64,000 bases of DNA from Acidobacteriota bacterium (GTDB lineage Bacteria > Acidobacteriota > UBA6911 > RPQK01 > JAJDTT01): NCBI GenBank assembly GCA_965263035.1, contig OZ253580.1, positions 2,496,001 to 2,560,000 on the forward strand. Direction: 5' to 3'. Positions 18,769 through 28,929 of the stretch are shown here, one piece after another (the first letter of the stretch is position 1; each line of letters begins with the position of its first letter). The notes beneath the pieces were generated by a model. That model searched no databases. It had not been told where the DNA came from and saw nothing but the letters and a program-made list of their open reading frames with translations. The position numbers and the translations under genes were made by a program.

Positions 18769-20719
18769 ATGAAGAGAATATGGGTACCGTTTCTCGTTCT
18801 ATTGCTCTTGCCCGCCTCGTATTCGGTGCAGAGACTCGCCGGGCGGCCGGAGACTACTCACCCCACACACGAGGACTCGATCCGGAGTCAGACTCAGGAG
18901 CCGGGGGAGACAATTCTGTACTTCCCCGACTATGTGGACGGGGGCGATCCCGGCGGAATTGGGGTCGCTCGCCGCCCTGACTCTCCTGAATCTTGGCAAC
19001 AATGGTCTGAACGGCTCGATTCCGCCCGCATTGGGCGGACTCGCCAACCTGGAGAGCTTGTGGCTCGAAGGCAACGCCCTGGCGGGCTCCGTCCCACCGG
19101 AACTGGGCGGACTGACCAACCTCAAGGACCTGCGGCTCCAGGACAATGAGCTGAAGGGCACGCTCCCACCGGAATTCGGCGGGTTGGAGAATCTGACCAG
19201 CGTGGTGTTGGCGAGGAACGGCGGGATGGCCGGGGCATTGCCCGCCCGCCTGACGGATCTTGGCCGCTTGGAGCAATTTCTGGCCGCCGACACCAACCTG
19301 TGCGCGCCTTCGGACGCCGGTTTCTGGACTGGCTTTCCGGCGTCCCGAAACGCCGGGTCGGCAGCTGCGGCGCCGAATCGCCTCCGGCGGCGTACCTGAC
19401 TCAGGCCGTGCAGTCGCGAGACCATCCGGTCCCGCTGGTGGCGGGCGACGAAGCCCTGCTCCGAGTGTTCGTGGAGTCCAGCCGAGAGAGCGGGGCGAAT
19501 TTCCCTCCGGTGCGCGCCACCTTCTATCGGAATGGGGCGAGGACGCACGTGGTGGACATTCCAGGGAAGCCGGTCCCGATACCACGGGAGATCAGGGAGG
19601 GTGATCTGAACGCCTCGGCAAACACGCAGATTCCCGGCCGGGTGGTGCAACCGGGGCTGGAGATGGTGATCGACGTCGACCCGGAGGGAACGCTGGGTCC
19701 CGATCCGGGCGTGATGAAGCGAATCCCGGAGAGCGGACGATTGGCGGTGGACGTCCGGACGATGCCTGTGTTCGAACTGACCATGATTCCGTTTCTTTGG
19801 ACTCCGAGTCCGGATTCGTCGATCGTGGAAGTGATCACGAGCATGGCCCAGGATCCCGGGGGCCACCCTCTGCTCAGCGAGACACGCGATCTGCTGCCCA
19901 TCAACGAGCTCGACGTCAAGGCCCATGCACCCGTGAGGAGCTCGACCAATAATGCCTTCGCGCTGCTCGGTCAGACCGAAATGATCCGTGTCATGGAAGG
20001 CGCCGGTGGCCACTTCATGGGCATGATGGAAGGGCAGGTCGCCGGTGGTGTCAACGGAGTGGCCAGGCTCCCCGGCTGGGCCACTTTCTCGAGGGTCAGA
20101 CCGTTAACCATGGCGCACGAGCTTGGCCACAATTTGAACCTGTACCATGCGCCGTGCGGCAATCCTGGATTCGTGGAGCCGTCATTTCCCGGGAACCACG
20201 GTCGAATCGGCGCCTGGGGATACGACTTCAGAGAGCCGGGCCGGCTGTTGCCGCCGGTTTGGCCCGATCTGATGTCCTACTGCCGCAGCCGGCCCCGATG
20301 GATGGGCGAGTATAACTTCACCAACGCGCTCCGTTACCGATTGCACACTGCCGGGGGCGGTGAGGTGTCTTCCCTGGTTGCGGTCCCGGCGAAGAGTCTG
20401 CTGCTGTGGGGCGGAGTCGGGTCCGATGGGACTCCGTTTCTGGAACCGGCGTTTGTCGTGGATGCGCCGGCGACGCTGCCGCGTTCCGGCGGTGAGTTCG
20501 AGATCACTGGGCGGGATGTTGATGGGGAGGAGTTGTTCTGGTTTAGCTTTGCGATGCCGGAGGTGGGCGACGGGGACGGGGGAGATCCGGGGGATTTTGC
20601 GGGGTCGGGGGGCCGGGACCGGGAGCGGGGATGACGCGGTGTCGGCGTTGGCGTTGGAGCCGGAGTTGGAGGTGTTGACGAGCCGTGGGATTCCGGGTCC
20701 GGAGGAGTGGAGTCGATAG
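18769..20719 (+). pseudogene. Secreted LRR (plant-like) + M66-like zinc metalloprotease, with two apparent internal deletions and a frameshift
   Basis: Signal peptide MKRIWVPFLVLLLLPASYS. LRRs G.IP.ELG.L..L..L.L..N.L (ORF 18932), HELGHNLNLYH motif (ORF 19300), C-terminus GEIRGILR..EVLTSRGIP..EEWSR (ORF 20360), each in a different frame from its neighbour. Confidence 0.8.
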
Positions 20720-20732
20720 GGAGGGCACATTT

Positions 20733-21056
20733 GGGAGGGGCGATTTTCTTGTCGCCCATTCCTGACTGGCGATTTGTGTATCCCGGAGGTCGGAGCTCGG
20801 AGGTCGGCGGCACGAAAGCTGCGGCTCCCGCTCGGGCGGCAAGAAAACCGCCCGTCCCATTCGGCGACAAGAAAGTCGCCGCTCCCAATCGGCGGCAAGG
20901 AAGACGTTGCTCCCATCCGGCGATAAGAAAGTCGTTGCTCCCATTCGGCGGCACGAAAGCTGCGGCTCCTGCTCGGGCGGCAAGAAAGCCGCCGCTCCCA
21001 TTCGACGATAAGGAAGTCGTCGCTCCCATTCGGCGGCAGGAAAGTCGCCGCTCCCG
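20733..21056. repeat. REP array: one inverted copy plus nine tandem ~28-bp units
   Basis: cggcg(g/a)caagaaag(c/t)cgccgctccc units repeated head-to-tail. Confidence 0.9.
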
Positions 21057-21080
21057 GGTCGCTATTTGGGGGGGGCGAGA

Positions 21081-21467
21081 TCAGGCGGCGGTGCCGCGTC
21101 CGTTGCGGACGAAGAATTCCCGGAGCACGTCGAGCGTACCCTCGAGGCGAGCCATGCGTTCTTCGAGCCGGCCCATGCGGTTGCGGAGATCCCCGAGCCC
21201 GGTATCCATGTGGTTGCGGAGATCCCCGAGCCCGGTATCCATGTGGCTGCGGAGATTCCCGAACCCGGTATCCATGCGGTCGCGCAGATTCCCGTTCTCG
21301 GTATCCATGTGGGCGCGCAAATTCCCGTTCTCGGTATCCACGTGGACTCGGAGATCCGAGATGTCGCCGCGCAGCTCCTTGATGTCCTGGCGCGTGACGC
21401 GGTGCAGGTAGAGCATGAGGCCAACGATGACGGCAGGGGAAATCCACTGGAAGAGTTCAGGTGACAT
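21081..21467 (-). CDS. Small TM + coiled-coil protein with five 11-aa (33-bp) repeats
   Basis: MSPELF..TM..(LRxHMDTxxGx)x5..MARLEG; CAGGAGA RBS. Confidence 0.8.
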   Translation of the reverse strand: MSPELFQWISPAVIVGLMLYLHRVTRQDIKELRGDISDLRVHVDTENGNLRAHMDTENGNLRDRMDTGFGNLRSHMDTGLGDLRNHMDTGLGDLRNRMGRLEERMARLEGTLDVLREFFVRNGRGTAA

Positions 21468-21551
21468 TCGTTTCTCCTGGAGAGAGCATTCGATTTACTC
21501 CGACTCCCGGCGGGGAACCTCGTCTGAACGGTAGAGACCGGACACTCTTGT

Positions 21552-21734
21552 TTACGAAGAAGTTCGCTGGCGGGAACGTTCGAGCTTGTCGTCGTAGTCG
21601 TCCCAATCCAGTCTTCCGAACAGATCGACCAACCGTTTCCGGCCCCGCCGCGCGATGAATTCGCGCAACGCGCGGTTGACGGTGGCCATGGCCTTATCGA
21701 GAAGGTCCGAAATTGCCCCCACGTCTGCTGCCAT
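21552..21734 (-). pseudogene. Degenerate second vapB copy, inverted relative to 18095
   Basis: ATVNRALREFIARRGRKRLVDLFGRLDWD identical to the first copy; internal deletion; shared CAACACAATGGCA start context. Confidence 0.75.
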
Positions 21735-21901
21735 TGTGTTGAACTCCACTCATTCTATAACGAAGGAGTGGAGTTAGGAATGAAGGGAAAAGAAGGCGGA
21801 GGATGGGGAGTTGGGGGGCTGGAATTGACCGTAGGCGCCCCGGTTGATGGTTAATTGGGAGTTCGGCGGTTGGAATCCGCCGCTCCTGCTAGGATTTCCC
21901 A

Positions 21902-22849
21902 ATGCCGAGGTCCCCTTCCGTCAGCGTCATCATTCCCTGCTATCGGCACGCTGCGGTTCTGCCTCGACTGTTGGAGGCTTTGGAGGTTCAGGAGACTCCT
22001 CTGGATTTCGAGGTCCTGGTGGTGGAGTCGGGGGGAGATGAGGCGGCCAGGTTGGTCGGCGAGCGGTTTCCCGAGGTCGGGGTACTTTCTCATGGCCACC
22101 GATTGTTTCCCGGGGCGGCCCGGAACCGGGGGGCGGAGGCGGCGCGGGGCAATTACTTGGCCTTCGTCGATGCGGATGCAGTCCCTGAGCGGCGGTGGCT
22201 GGAGACGCTCCACGGCCGGCTGGCTTCTTCAGATCGGATCATCATGGTTTCGGGGACGGTGGCGCTGCCGGCGGGGGCGGGCGCGGCGGCTCAGGTGCTC
22301 CACTGGATCGAGTTCTCCTCGTTCCTGCCCGGGCTGGCGTCCGGATATCGGGACGCCCTCTCCAGTTGCAATCTCCTGGTCCGGAAGGAGGAGTTCATGG
22401 AGTGCGGGGGTTTCGACGAGAGCCTGGAGATGGCCGAGGACCTGATGCTCTGCCGGAGGATCACCCGGCGGGTGGGAACACTACTATATATAGGGGCGTC
22501 TACCGGAGTCTGTCACTCAAACGATGTGACCTGGGAAAAGGCTTGGGGCCATCTGCGCCGTCTGGGCTACTGGAGCGGCCGGTTCCGAACTCTGGAGGAG
22601 GTCCCCGGGTCGTGGTTGCGCCATCTCCCGCTTCTCAGCCTGGCGCTTCCCCTGTGGCGGCTCCCCCGGATCATTGGGCGTGTATTTCGCAGTAGTACCA
22701 AGGAGGGGCTGAGGTGCCTGATCCGGCTCCCGTGGCTGGTTTGGGGCCTGTCGACCTGGGCGCTGGGTTTCCGTCACGGGCTGAAGGCGGGGAAAGAGGA
22801 TAGGAGCGGCGACTTTCCCAGTGGGCGGCAAGAAAGCCGCCCCTCCTAG
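21902..22849 (+). CDS. Glycosyltransferase family 2
   Basis: VSVIIPCY, AARNRG, FVDAD, GGFDE..AED motifs. Confidence 0.9.
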   Translation: MPRSPSVSVIIPCYRHAAVLPRLLEALEVQETPLDFEVLVVESGGDEAARLVGERFPEVGVLSHGHRLFPGAARNRGAEAARGNYLAFVDADAVPERRWLETLHGRLASSDRIIMVSGTVALPAGAGAAAQVLHWIEFSSFLPGLASGYRDALSSCNLLVRKEEFMECGGFDESLEMAEDLMLCRRITRRVGTLLYIGASTGVCHSNDVTWEKAWGHLRRLGYWSGRFRTLEEVPGSWLRHLPLLSLALPLWRLPRIIGRVFRSSTKEGLRCLIRLPWLVWGLSTWALGFRHGLKAGKEDRSGDFPSGRQESRPS

Positions 22850-23700
22850 CGGCAGGCTTCCGGCTCTGACTTGACGTAGTAGCTCTTGTAGTTCGACGCC
22901 TTGGGATCCATACACCCGGCCAGTTTCAGCAGCTCGACCTTGCGGAACTCCACGGGGTGGCTCTCGCTCTGGAGCGAAATGTAACCGCTCTCAAGCAGCT
23001 CGCCGTCCCGCTTGAACGCCGGATCATGCCCCTCCACGGCGGCGCCGCCGACCTGCGGCATTTCGTATTCCAGCACGACCTCTCCTTCGGCGATGTGCCG
23101 GACCACGGAACTGCCCAGCACCATCACCTCCGCCCGGACCCACTGGTCCCCATGATAGGTCTTCGACTTGGAGTCCGTGCAGTGGTCTGTCACGAGCCTT
23201 CCGTTGAACACCACATGGGTCCCGGGTGTGCACAGGTTCATGGTGGTGCGCTCCCGTTCGCCGTCGCCGCCGAGGAGTTGGACTTCGATGCAGATGGGAA
23301 AGGTCTGATCGCGGCGCATGCTTTCGGGGGGCTGTGAATGCAGCATGATGCCGCTGTTGCGGAAGGCCCAGCTCGGACCGCCCTGGATCTGATCTCCAAT
23401 GAATCGATATTCCACCACGAGTCTGTAATGCGAGAAGGGACGCTCGTAGAAGATGTGGCCGAACCGCGCGTCGAACGGGCCTTCATACGCCTCGTAGCCG
23501 ACTTGCATGACTCCGTTCCGGACACGGAACGTATTCCCGAAGTTCTCTCCCGTCTCGTGGCCGCGAATCTTGGGAATCCAGCCGTCGAGGTTCTTGCCGT
23601 TGAACAGTTGGATCCAGTCCTCCTCGGCGTGCGGTTGTCCGTTGGCGCTCAGGGACGCCAGGAGGAGGAAGAGGAAAGAGATGTAGAGTCGCCGGGGCAT
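22846..23700 (-). CDS. DUF1080 (3-keto-disaccharide hydrolase-like) secreted protein
   Basis: Signal peptide, WIQLFNGKNLDGW, NSGIM, GYISLQSESHPVEFRKV. Confidence 0.9.
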   Translation of the reverse strand: MPRRLYISFLFLLLASLSANGQPHAEEDWIQLFNGKNLDGWIPKIRGHETGENFGNTFRVRNGVMQVGYEAYEGPFDARFGHIFYERPFSHYRLVVEYRFIGDQIQGGPSWAFRNSGIMLHSQPPESMRRDQTFPICIEVQLLGGDGERERTTMNLCTPGTHVVFNGRLVTDHCTDSKSKTYHGDQWVRAEVMVLGSSVVRHIAEGEVVLEYEMPQVGGAAVEGHDPAFKRDGELLESGYISLQSESHPVEFRKVELLKLAGCMDPKASNYKSYYVKSEPEACR

Positions 23701-23976
23701 TGGAGTGGAAAGTATAGCTGGCGGGCGATCCCTTCGTGGGGAGGTCGATGTGGGGAACGCGGGAGTCGGGGCAAGAGGGGGAGCGAGGAGGTTCCCCACG
23801 CGCCGCTGGGTGAGTTTACAATGCGAGCGACGTCCAGTTGTCCATTCTTCCGATCCTCCCATGCTGCCCCGGAGTTCGGCGGCTGGAAACCGCCGCTCCT
23901 GCACCGACGGTTGTTGCGTACAGGTGAAGTCGATCCGAGACGTGAGCGGTGACCTGTTCTTGCGCTACTCGGCGAT

Positions 23977-23995
23977 TGTAGTCACATTGACTACA
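23977..23995 (+). promoter_or_regulatory. Probable antitoxin operator palindrome
   Basis: TGTAGTCA-cat-TGACTACA directly abutting the Phd ATG. Confidence 0.65.
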
Positions 23996-24252
23996 TGGGT
24001 GAACCACTCGTCGTTGGGGCCCGGGAGTTCAAGACGCGGTTGGGGACTTATCTCCGGCGCGTTCGCGAAGGGCGCATTCTGACCATCACCGACCGCGGCC
24101 GGCCGGTGGCGGAGGTGATGCCGATCGAGTCCGCCGGCCGCTCTGTGGACGCACATCTGGCTCGTTTACGGAGGCAGGGCGTGGTGAGCGGCCAAGCGAA
24201 TCCGTTGGCGCCGATCGCCAAGCCGAGCATGGGAAGAGGCCGGGAGCGATAG
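23995..24252 (+). CDS. Phd/YefM-family antitoxin (orphan)
   Basis: VGAREFKTRLGTYLRRVREG..ITDRGRPVAEV; no toxin downstream. Confidence 0.85.
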   Translation: MGEPLVVGAREFKTRLGTYLRRVREGRILTITDRGRPVAEVMPIESAGRSVDAHLARLRRQGVVSGQANPLAPIAKPSMGRGRER

Positions 24253-24347
24253 AAATGGAGCGGCGGTTTCCGGCCGCCGAACTCCGGACGGGGCATGGGG
24301 GAATGGGCGGAAGAGAAGAATGGGCGACTGGAGAGTCTCCCCTCCTG

Positions 24348-24508
24348 GGAGCCTGCGCGGCAGAAATTGATCTACTGCGAAAGCGGTAGAATCGGTCCGT
24401 ATTTCCCCGATTTCTCGGCGAATAGAACAACTATGCACCTCCAAATCGAGAAAATCTGGCCTCGATTCCCCGATTTCTCGCAACGATCATTTCTACCGCG
24501 CAGACTCC
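24348..24508 (+). mobile_element. 161-bp MITE, copy 1
   Basis: TIRs GGAGCCTGCGCGGCAGAAATTGATC / GATCATTTCTACCGCGCAGACTCC; TG on both flanks. Confidence 0.9.
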
Positions 24509-24553
24509 TGGCCCCCGGGAGAAGGCGCTACACGATATCTCGAAGGTCAGATT

Positions 24554-24820
24554 TCATTCCGGTCGCCGCCGGTATTCATCCCGGCGGTGGGCGACGCGGA
24601 CGACCAGCACGACGAGTACATCTTCGCGCACTTCGTAAACCACGCGGTAATCGCCCACGCGAAGCCGACGGAGGCCCCGCATATCGCCCTTGAGCGCATA
24701 ACAGAGGAATGGATTCTCTGCCAGGCGGTCGATAGCTGCGACAATCCGCGTTCGGTCCGGCTTGACGACTCGCTTCAGTTCCTTGGCCGCGGCGGCCTTA
24801 ATCCGTATCGAGAAGATCAC
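24554..24820 (-). CDS. relE: RelE/ParE-family toxin
   Basis: ALKGDMRGLRRLRVGDYRVVYEV...VVRVAHRRDEY. Confidence 0.9.
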   Translation of the reverse strand: MIFSIRIKAAAAKELKRVVKPDRTRIVAAIDRLAENPFLCYALKGDMRGLRRLRVGDYRVVYEVREDVLVVLVVRVAHRRDEYRRRPE

Positions 24821-25052
24821 GCCTGACCTGGTCCCAATCCAGCACCGGATCGCTCGGGTCCCGGAGCCGGTCGACGGCTACGGAGAGATCGTCGAAGTCT
24901 TCAAGGTAACGCTCGACCGCCCGGCGGACGATCTCCGCCCGGCTGCACCTGAGACGGCGTGCAGTTGCATCCAGTGCGCTGACGACCGCATTCGGCAGGC
25001 GCGCGGTAATTTGGGTCTTGGCCTCTGCGATGTCAATTGATTGCATTTGCAT
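24798..25052 (-). CDS. Ribbon-helix-helix antitoxin of the RelE toxin
   Basis: ITARLP...LDATARRL..SRAEIVRRAVERYLEDFDD..LDWDQVRRDL; overlaps the toxin start. Confidence 0.85.
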   Translation of the reverse strand: MQMQSIDIAEAKTQITARLPNAVVSALDATARRLRCSRAEIVRRAVERYLEDFDDLSVAVDRLRDPSDPVLDWDQVRRDLLDTD

Positions 25053-25227
25053 CACATTACTTGTGAACGATGCCGAGTCCAATTCCATTATCGACGCAGG
25101 AACCGGTGCAGGAATTGTCATCGATAACGGATTTGTCCTGAAGTAACACTATTGATAACGGTATGGCGTAGGGGGAAAACGAGGGAGGGAGAGAAGAATG
25201 GGCGATTGGGAATCGCCTCTCCTGGCG

Positions 25228-26112
25228 TCACTCCTCTTCCGGCTTGAATTCTGGCTCTACGGCAGGGGGGAGGCTGGGGAGGGGAGGCGGTGAAGCCGGG
25301 CTGGGAAGGACGGGCTTTACGGTTTCGCCGCGCCTGAGTTGGTCGAGCTTTTTCTGGTTGAGGCCCAGCAGGGCCCTGGCGCCGGGACTCACGTAGTTGT
25401 AGAGGACGGGGACGGTGAAGAGTTCCTCCTTGGATTCATCTCCGCCTCCCCGCTTCAGGATGACGCGGAACTCGCTCGTCAAGGATTTCTTGGATTCGTT
25501 CCCGATGTAACGGAAGACCAAGCGGAGGTCCTGGCCCGCGGCGACGGAGTCGCCGCTCTCCAGCAGCTCGAAACGGGTCTTGTCGTAGTCGAAACGGGAA
25601 ACGTGGACGGTTTCGGAGAGGCCGTTCCGGATCCGGACCGCACCTCGCTGGCTTCGGTCCAGAAAGTGGATCTTGACTTGCTTGGGAAGCACGTGCAGGG
25701 CACCGGGTTTCGGCCCGCGCGGTCTCGGCGCGGTGCCGCCGGCAAGGGCCCTTTTGAGCTGCTCCGGATTCGGGGCGCGAATCCGAACCCGCCATCCGTC
25801 CTGTTGGCGGACCCAGACCTCGCGTAAGGGCACGGGATAGTAGACCCCCGCCGGAAACAGCATCTGCTCCGCCTTCACCGTTACCAGCGCTTCGTCCCGG
25901 GATCGGGGCTCGATCTTGTCCAACTCCCAGGAGCGAAAGGGATTGGTGCGGCGGTTGAGGAACAGATTCTGACCCTCCCGAATCACGTATCGGAGGGCTC
26001 CCGCCTTGTCCCCCTTCTGAAGCAGGTCCCAATAGGTTTGGACCGCTTTCTCCAACTCCGGGTCCACGGCGGGGCCCGAGAAGAGGCTCAGATAGAGGGG
26101 AAGCCAAATCAT
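25228..26112 (-). CDS. Hypothetical exported protein (NTF2-like N-terminal part, Pro-rich tail)
   Basis: CAGGAG RBS before ATG 26112; protein-like sequence. Confidence 0.7.
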   Translation of the reverse strand: MIWLPLYLSLFSGPAVDPELEKAVQTYWDLLQKGDKAGALRYVIREGQNLFLNRRTNPFRSWELDKIEPRSRDEALVTVKAEQMLFPAGVYYPVPLREVWVRQQDGWRVRIRAPNPEQLKRALAGGTAPRPRGPKPGALHVLPKQVKIHFLDRSQRGAVRIRNGLSETVHVSRFDYDKTRFELLESGDSVAAGQDLRLVFRYIGNESKKSLTSEFRVILKRGGGDESKEELFTVPVLYNYVSPGARALLGLNQKKLDQLRRGETVKPVLPSPASPPPLPSLPPAVEPEFKPEEE

Positions 26113-26390
26113 GTCAAGGGTCTCCTGAGAAGATCCGAACCCAAAATGGCCGCTCTGGAGAGCGGCCAAGGTGAGAAAAAATCGTATCGAACGATCAGAA
26201 GAATAGAAAAGGTCGGGGGCTGCACCGTGACTCCGGCGCAACCCCCGACTTCAGCTTCCGTTGCTCCCGTCCCGGAATTGCCCGATTCGGATGATCCGGT
26301 CCGGGAGCGGGAGTCCCTGCCGAAAATTTCTCATGCAGGGAACGTCACCGTCACCATTCGACGATGGCGGTGTTCAGGTCTGAAGTATCC

Positions 26391-26972
26391 CTATTCCATC
26401 ATCATGTCCATCATCATGGGCTTGATCCCTGCGCCCTGATGAGAGACGGGCGGCGTCATGTCGCCGTGCTGATTCAAAAACGCACCGATGATGGTCCGGG
26501 TTCCAGCAACGCCGTCGAAGTTGGCCACGACCCAGCCGTACCCCACAAACGGGGTTTCACCAACAATCTCGCTCAACAGCACAGTATAGGTCATTCCCGG
26601 ACCGAGCGTGCCATCCTCCATCAGACCGCGTTCGGCCGGCGACTCCATCGAGGTCGTATGCATCATCATGGTGCCGTCCCGGTTGTAGAGGTAGATCTCC
26701 AGGGTGCCCATCATGTCGGAGCCCTCATAGGCCCCTCCCCCGACATTGATGCCGGCGGGAGCCATGAGGACGTTGCTCACCGAAATGGCGGTGTCGAAGG
26801 CATACATCGGATCTTCATTGGGGATGCTGACCAGGTAGCTGGCGAAGACGGCAGATTGCTCTGACGTGTGCCCCGCCGCCATGAAGGAAACTGAGGTGCC
26901 GGCCATTGCCGTTCCACCAAAGGCAACGGTCACCAGGACTGCCGAAAAAAGCATCGTTCTCGATTTGTTCAT
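26391..26972 (-). CDS. Secreted Met-rich single beta-sandwich protein
   Basis: Signal peptide ..TAMA, FDTAISVSN, GYGWVVANF; ends MMMDMMME; GAGGAG RBS. Confidence 0.85.
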   Translation of the reverse strand: MNKSRTMLFSAVLVTVAFGGTAMAGTSVSFMAAGHTSEQSAVFASYLVSIPNEDPMYAFDTAISVSNVLMAPAGINVGGGAYEGSDMMGTLEIYLYNRDGTMMMHTTSMESPAERGLMEDGTLGPGMTYTVLLSEIVGETPFVGYGWVVANFDGVAGTRTIIGAFLNQHGDMTPPVSHQGAGIKPMMMDMMME

Positions 26973-27084
26973 GCCCTTATACTCCTCTACGAAATGACGT
27001 TGGAAACAAATACCCAGACCGCAACGAAATGCAGCCGTTCGAACACAAAAACTCCGTTACTCTATTCACGGAACTGACTCTCCA

Positions 27085-27110
27085 AGATGCCGGAGCCTTT
27101 CAAAAGTCGC
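27085..27110 (-). promoter_or_regulatory. Putative ECF-sigma promoter
   Basis: GCGACTTT-N12-GCATCT. Confidence 0.6.
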
Positions 27111-27126
27111 AATTTTCGTAACCGGA

Positions 27127-28728
27127 TCACCACCAAATCACCATCTGGCGAGAGTTAAGCCTAAAGTAGTCTCCCACGATAATCAAGCCGGCATATTCCG
27201 GCGCCGGAAATGAAGCGTAGAGGACGTGGCCTTGCTCCGTCGTCTCGAATACTCCAAAGCTGACGATGTCCTCGTAGACCAACACTTCCCGGCCGTCCTC
27301 TCCGTCCGAGTTCTCCATTTCCAGAGTGTGGAGGGAGTGTCCGGGAAAATATAACCGTCGTGGCCGGCCGTCGTGAAAGAGGGTGGAATAATATATGGCC
27401 TGGGTCATGTCCCGATCCAGGATGTAGAGGCGCTTGTCGTGAGGCCTGATGTTGGAGGTCATGACGATCCCGGGCGTGAAGGTCATGGCCAGTTCCTTGA
27501 AGGGGACCAGTTGGCCGCCGTCTCGAGTGTAGATGGTCAGGCCGGGTCCCACGTCGGTCACCATGACGATCTCCACCTCTCCGTCGTCGCTGAAATCGAA
27601 GAGGGCCAGATTCAGGACCTGCCGCCGCAGAAGGTAGCCTTGGGCCTGGAGCTCGAACTGGCCGGAGCCGTCCCCTATCTCGGTCTCCAGCAGGGCCCCC
27701 AGGGGACCGTTCATGGCTTGGACCAGGTCCAGGTGGCCGTCTTGGTTGAGATCGACCACCACGACCATCTCGTCCTCATCGAAGACCCGGTACCCTTCCG
27801 GATTGGGTCCGATGGTGAAGGTGCGATCGTTTTCCAGGAAAAACTGATTCCGGGCGTCTCGGCGGCCCCGATAGACGCGCCGGGCACTCCCTCCCGCGCC
27901 GTAGTCGCCGACCACGACGAAGTCGAACCTGGGATCCGGGGCGATGAGGCCGCCTCCGGGACGGAACGGCGGCGGACGGGGAGCCGGGGGACCGGGGTCA
28001 GGCCCGCCGGGTGGAGCCGGCGGCGGCGTGGGAGGCGGATTCGGCATCTCCGGCGGGGGGGTTGTGCCGGTGGACGGATCGCCGGTGTCGCCGCCCCCGT
28101 CAGAGGGGTCGTCACCGACCACGTCATTGGGATCCGCCCGGTCCAGGAAGGCCCTCCGGAAGGGATTGCGCGCGTTCATATAGGGGTTGCCCCGGGAGAG
28201 GCCGGTGCCGAACTGGCTCCAGGCCGCCTGGTAGTCGCGCTCGAACTGCCGGAGTTCGGCCGCCCTGGCCATCATGTCGGCCGTGGAACGGGCACCTTCG
28301 GAGGTGACCAGTTCGCCCCCTGGACCCGGTTCCGCCGCGTCTCCCGGTCCGGTGCCGGAGATAGCGTCTCTCGCGGGGTTGCCGCCCGGAGTCCTTCTCG
28401 ACTGGCTGGTCCGGCGGCTCGCGGGCGGCGAGCGCCGGCTGGACGAGGAGGAACGGGAGGTTTGAAACGTCCCCGCACCGCGGCTTCGAGAGGAGGTCCC
28501 GTAAGAGCGGGGAAAAGGAAACGAATTCGGCGTCACCCCATCCGATCGGGCCCATCCGGCGGTTCCCCGAGAGGAACCCGGATCCGGCCGGTAGTGGGAT
28601 TCATCGCCCGACCCCGGGATGAACTGCCAGATCAGCGCCGAGAGCAACGACGCGGCCACCAGGGAGGCAAAGAAGCCGAAGCTCCCCAACTTTCTGCCGT
28701 ACCCGCCTTTCCGGCCATTTCGACTCAC
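27127..28728 (-). CDS. Membrane-anchored protein with Ser/Pro-rich linker and FG-GAP/VCBS-like repeats
   Basis: N-terminal TM; DLNQDGHLDLV, GDGSGQF, DFSDDGEVEIV. Confidence 0.75.
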   Translation of the reverse strand: MSRNGRKGGYGRKLGSFGFFASLVAASLLSALIWQFIPGSGDESHYRPDPGSSRGTAGWARSDGVTPNSFPFPRSYGTSSRSRGAGTFQTSRSSSSSRRSPPASRRTSQSRRTPGGNPARDAISGTGPGDAAEPGPGGELVTSEGARSTADMMARAAELRQFERDYQAAWSQFGTGLSRGNPYMNARNPFRRAFLDRADPNDVVGDDPSDGGGDTGDPSTGTTPPPEMPNPPPTPPPAPPGGPDPGPPAPRPPPFRPGGGLIAPDPRFDFVVVGDYGAGGSARRVYRGRRDARNQFFLENDRTFTIGPNPEGYRVFDEDEMVVVVDLNQDGHLDLVQAMNGPLGALLETEIGDGSGQFELQAQGYLLRRQVLNLALFDFSDDGEVEIVMVTDVGPGLTIYTRDGGQLVPFKELAMTFTPGIVMTSNIRPHDKRLYILDRDMTQAIYYSTLFHDGRPRRLYFPGHSLHTLEMENSDGEDGREVLVYEDIVSFGVFETTEQGHVLYASFPAPEYAGLIIVGDYFRLNSRQMVIWW

Positions 28729-28929
28729 TGCAGGATTAAACTCCGATTCGATTCACCGGGCCACCGACGGGCGTTCGAGCCGAGTCGCGAGACGGCTGCT
28801 GGGAACGAAGCCGCTCGCACTCGCGCCTGATCGTAACTGCTCATGTTACCAGGAAGATACGGAACGAGGAAACGGCGGCTGGAACCCGCCGCTCCGGTTC
28901 GGCGACCGGAAATCGCTGCTCCTTCGGTT

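Noticed and set aside
20805-21056. Possible CRISPR array (regular ~28-bp repeats)
   Set aside because: Units are head-to-tail with only 3-4 nt between them, degenerate, and match the dispersed REPs; there are no spacers and no cas genes.
21175-21350. 33-bp tandem repeats as a CRISPR or ncRNA
   Set aside because: They are in-frame coding repeats of the coiled-coil protein.
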